This document shows positions 62,701 through 64,000 of a stretch of 64,000 bases of DNA, one piece after another (the stretch's first letter is position 1; each line of letters opens with the position of its first letter). Made by a program: the position numbers and the translations under genes. The stretch comes from Chrysomallon squamiferum (Eukaryota; Animalia; Mollusca): NCBI GenBank assembly GCA_012295275.1, contig CM022665.1, positions 1,240,001 through 1,304,000 on the forward strand, read 5' to 3'. The notes beneath the pieces are model-generated. The model searched no databases and was not told the DNA's origin. It worked only from the letters and a program-made list of their open reading frames with translations.

Positions 62701-64000
62701 TTGTATATATATATATATATATAAATATATAACATTTTCTTTTTAACTCAAAATTAAACACATACTTTACATCAAAAAATAATTACAATTACTGAAATGA
62801 TAAATAAGATAAAATAATATTTTTTATTTTGATTAGATTGTAAATGTGAGAATTATAACATTTCGGAATTACAAACTAAAATGTTTAAAGATGTTTGACC
62901 ATATAATTTTTAATTTCACTATATACGTTTCCTTGCTTTGTAAATGTACAAACTGATTACTTTCAACATCAAATATTTCTTTTTATGTCCTTATAAAATA
63001 CATGTTCTGTATTTTTGAACTGGCTAAGCATACAACCTTTTGATTCACTTTTCTGCCTTAATATTTTTTATTTTATTATTATTTTTTTTAAACCACTACT
63101 TTTACTCCAAATGAAACCTGACTCCCAACAGTTCTAAAAGGAATGTTAGGGTGAACAGTTGGTTACAGGGCAGAAACCTTGAACACAAACAATTGTTCCT
63201 TTTCACCAACAGTGAAACCGGTATTATTTTCTGCTAGCTAACACTTCTGTTCACAAAGAAACTGTTATACTTCACACATGACAGGAATCATAAACATAAA
63301 TCTCTCTCACATTCACACACACTTTTACTATGATTTGATTAACTTGGAATTCACCACATCAGAAGAAAGTCATAATGGTTTGTTTATCAGATCAAGGTAT
63401 GTTGTGCATTATTTGGCAATTTAATTTGTATTTTTAAAATCCCTGATTTTTAAGGACAGAAAAATGTCTATGCTGCTTAAAGTGCTTTTGAAAATATTTG
63501 TGATTTTGTCTGAATAGGGTGTAAACCAGAGTGGTTTTGTGGACAAAAAGCAATTTCTGTTTATATATACATATTTAAAAATAAACCTCAGACATTTAGT
63601 CTTTGGCTTTATATTACTATAAAATAATTTTAAAACTGTATTAATAATTATAACTTTTTGTTAAGCACAATAAGAAAAATGCATTTGAAGCTCATATTAT
63701 TAGTATAAATAAAGTAAAAAGATTTTATTTATCTTTTCTGGTATTACTGCAAAATATAATCAGGTATAGCTGCAGAATAAAATATTTAAATTGCATGTTT
63801 CTCTTACCCTTTTTTTACTTGTTTAAAATATTTATTTTGATCTTTTATATTATTTATATTTTGTTTAAAATAATATCAAGACAAAAGTGAATATAACCTA
63901 ATAATGTTCACAAAGACACACTAAAGTTTTCACTCGGTGAAAGGTTTATATAGCTGAATATATTTTAGGTCTTGGAATTGACTTCACAGATAATTAAATT

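Overview
AT-rich animal genomic DNA with spliceosomal introns and many microsatellites; a lophotrochozoan or mollusc origin is my inference, not shown. Genes assembled by hand from GT-AG sites with phase checks: CPOX (minus, 13 coding exons, 389 aa); a PRDM4 orthologue (minus, 10 coding exons, 1085 aa); the first coding exon of a signal-peptide protein with a GPR158-type extracellular motif (plus, runs off the window); and a candidate coiled-coil ORF. The main finding is a tandem pair of small 4-exon genes on the minus strand (30820-33868 and 40689-45064) that the ORF track does not recover. Both have intron phases 1-2-1 and encode a signal peptide, a six-cysteine helical domain resembling neuritin and the RGM N-terminal BMP-binding domain, and a membrane anchor (GPI-like in one, transmembrane in the other). 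Also present: a collapsed LINE, Tigger and Tc1 remnants, three minisatellites, a foldback, CTCF-like sites and a mosaic CpG pattern. Comparisons with reference proteins are from memory and need a database check.
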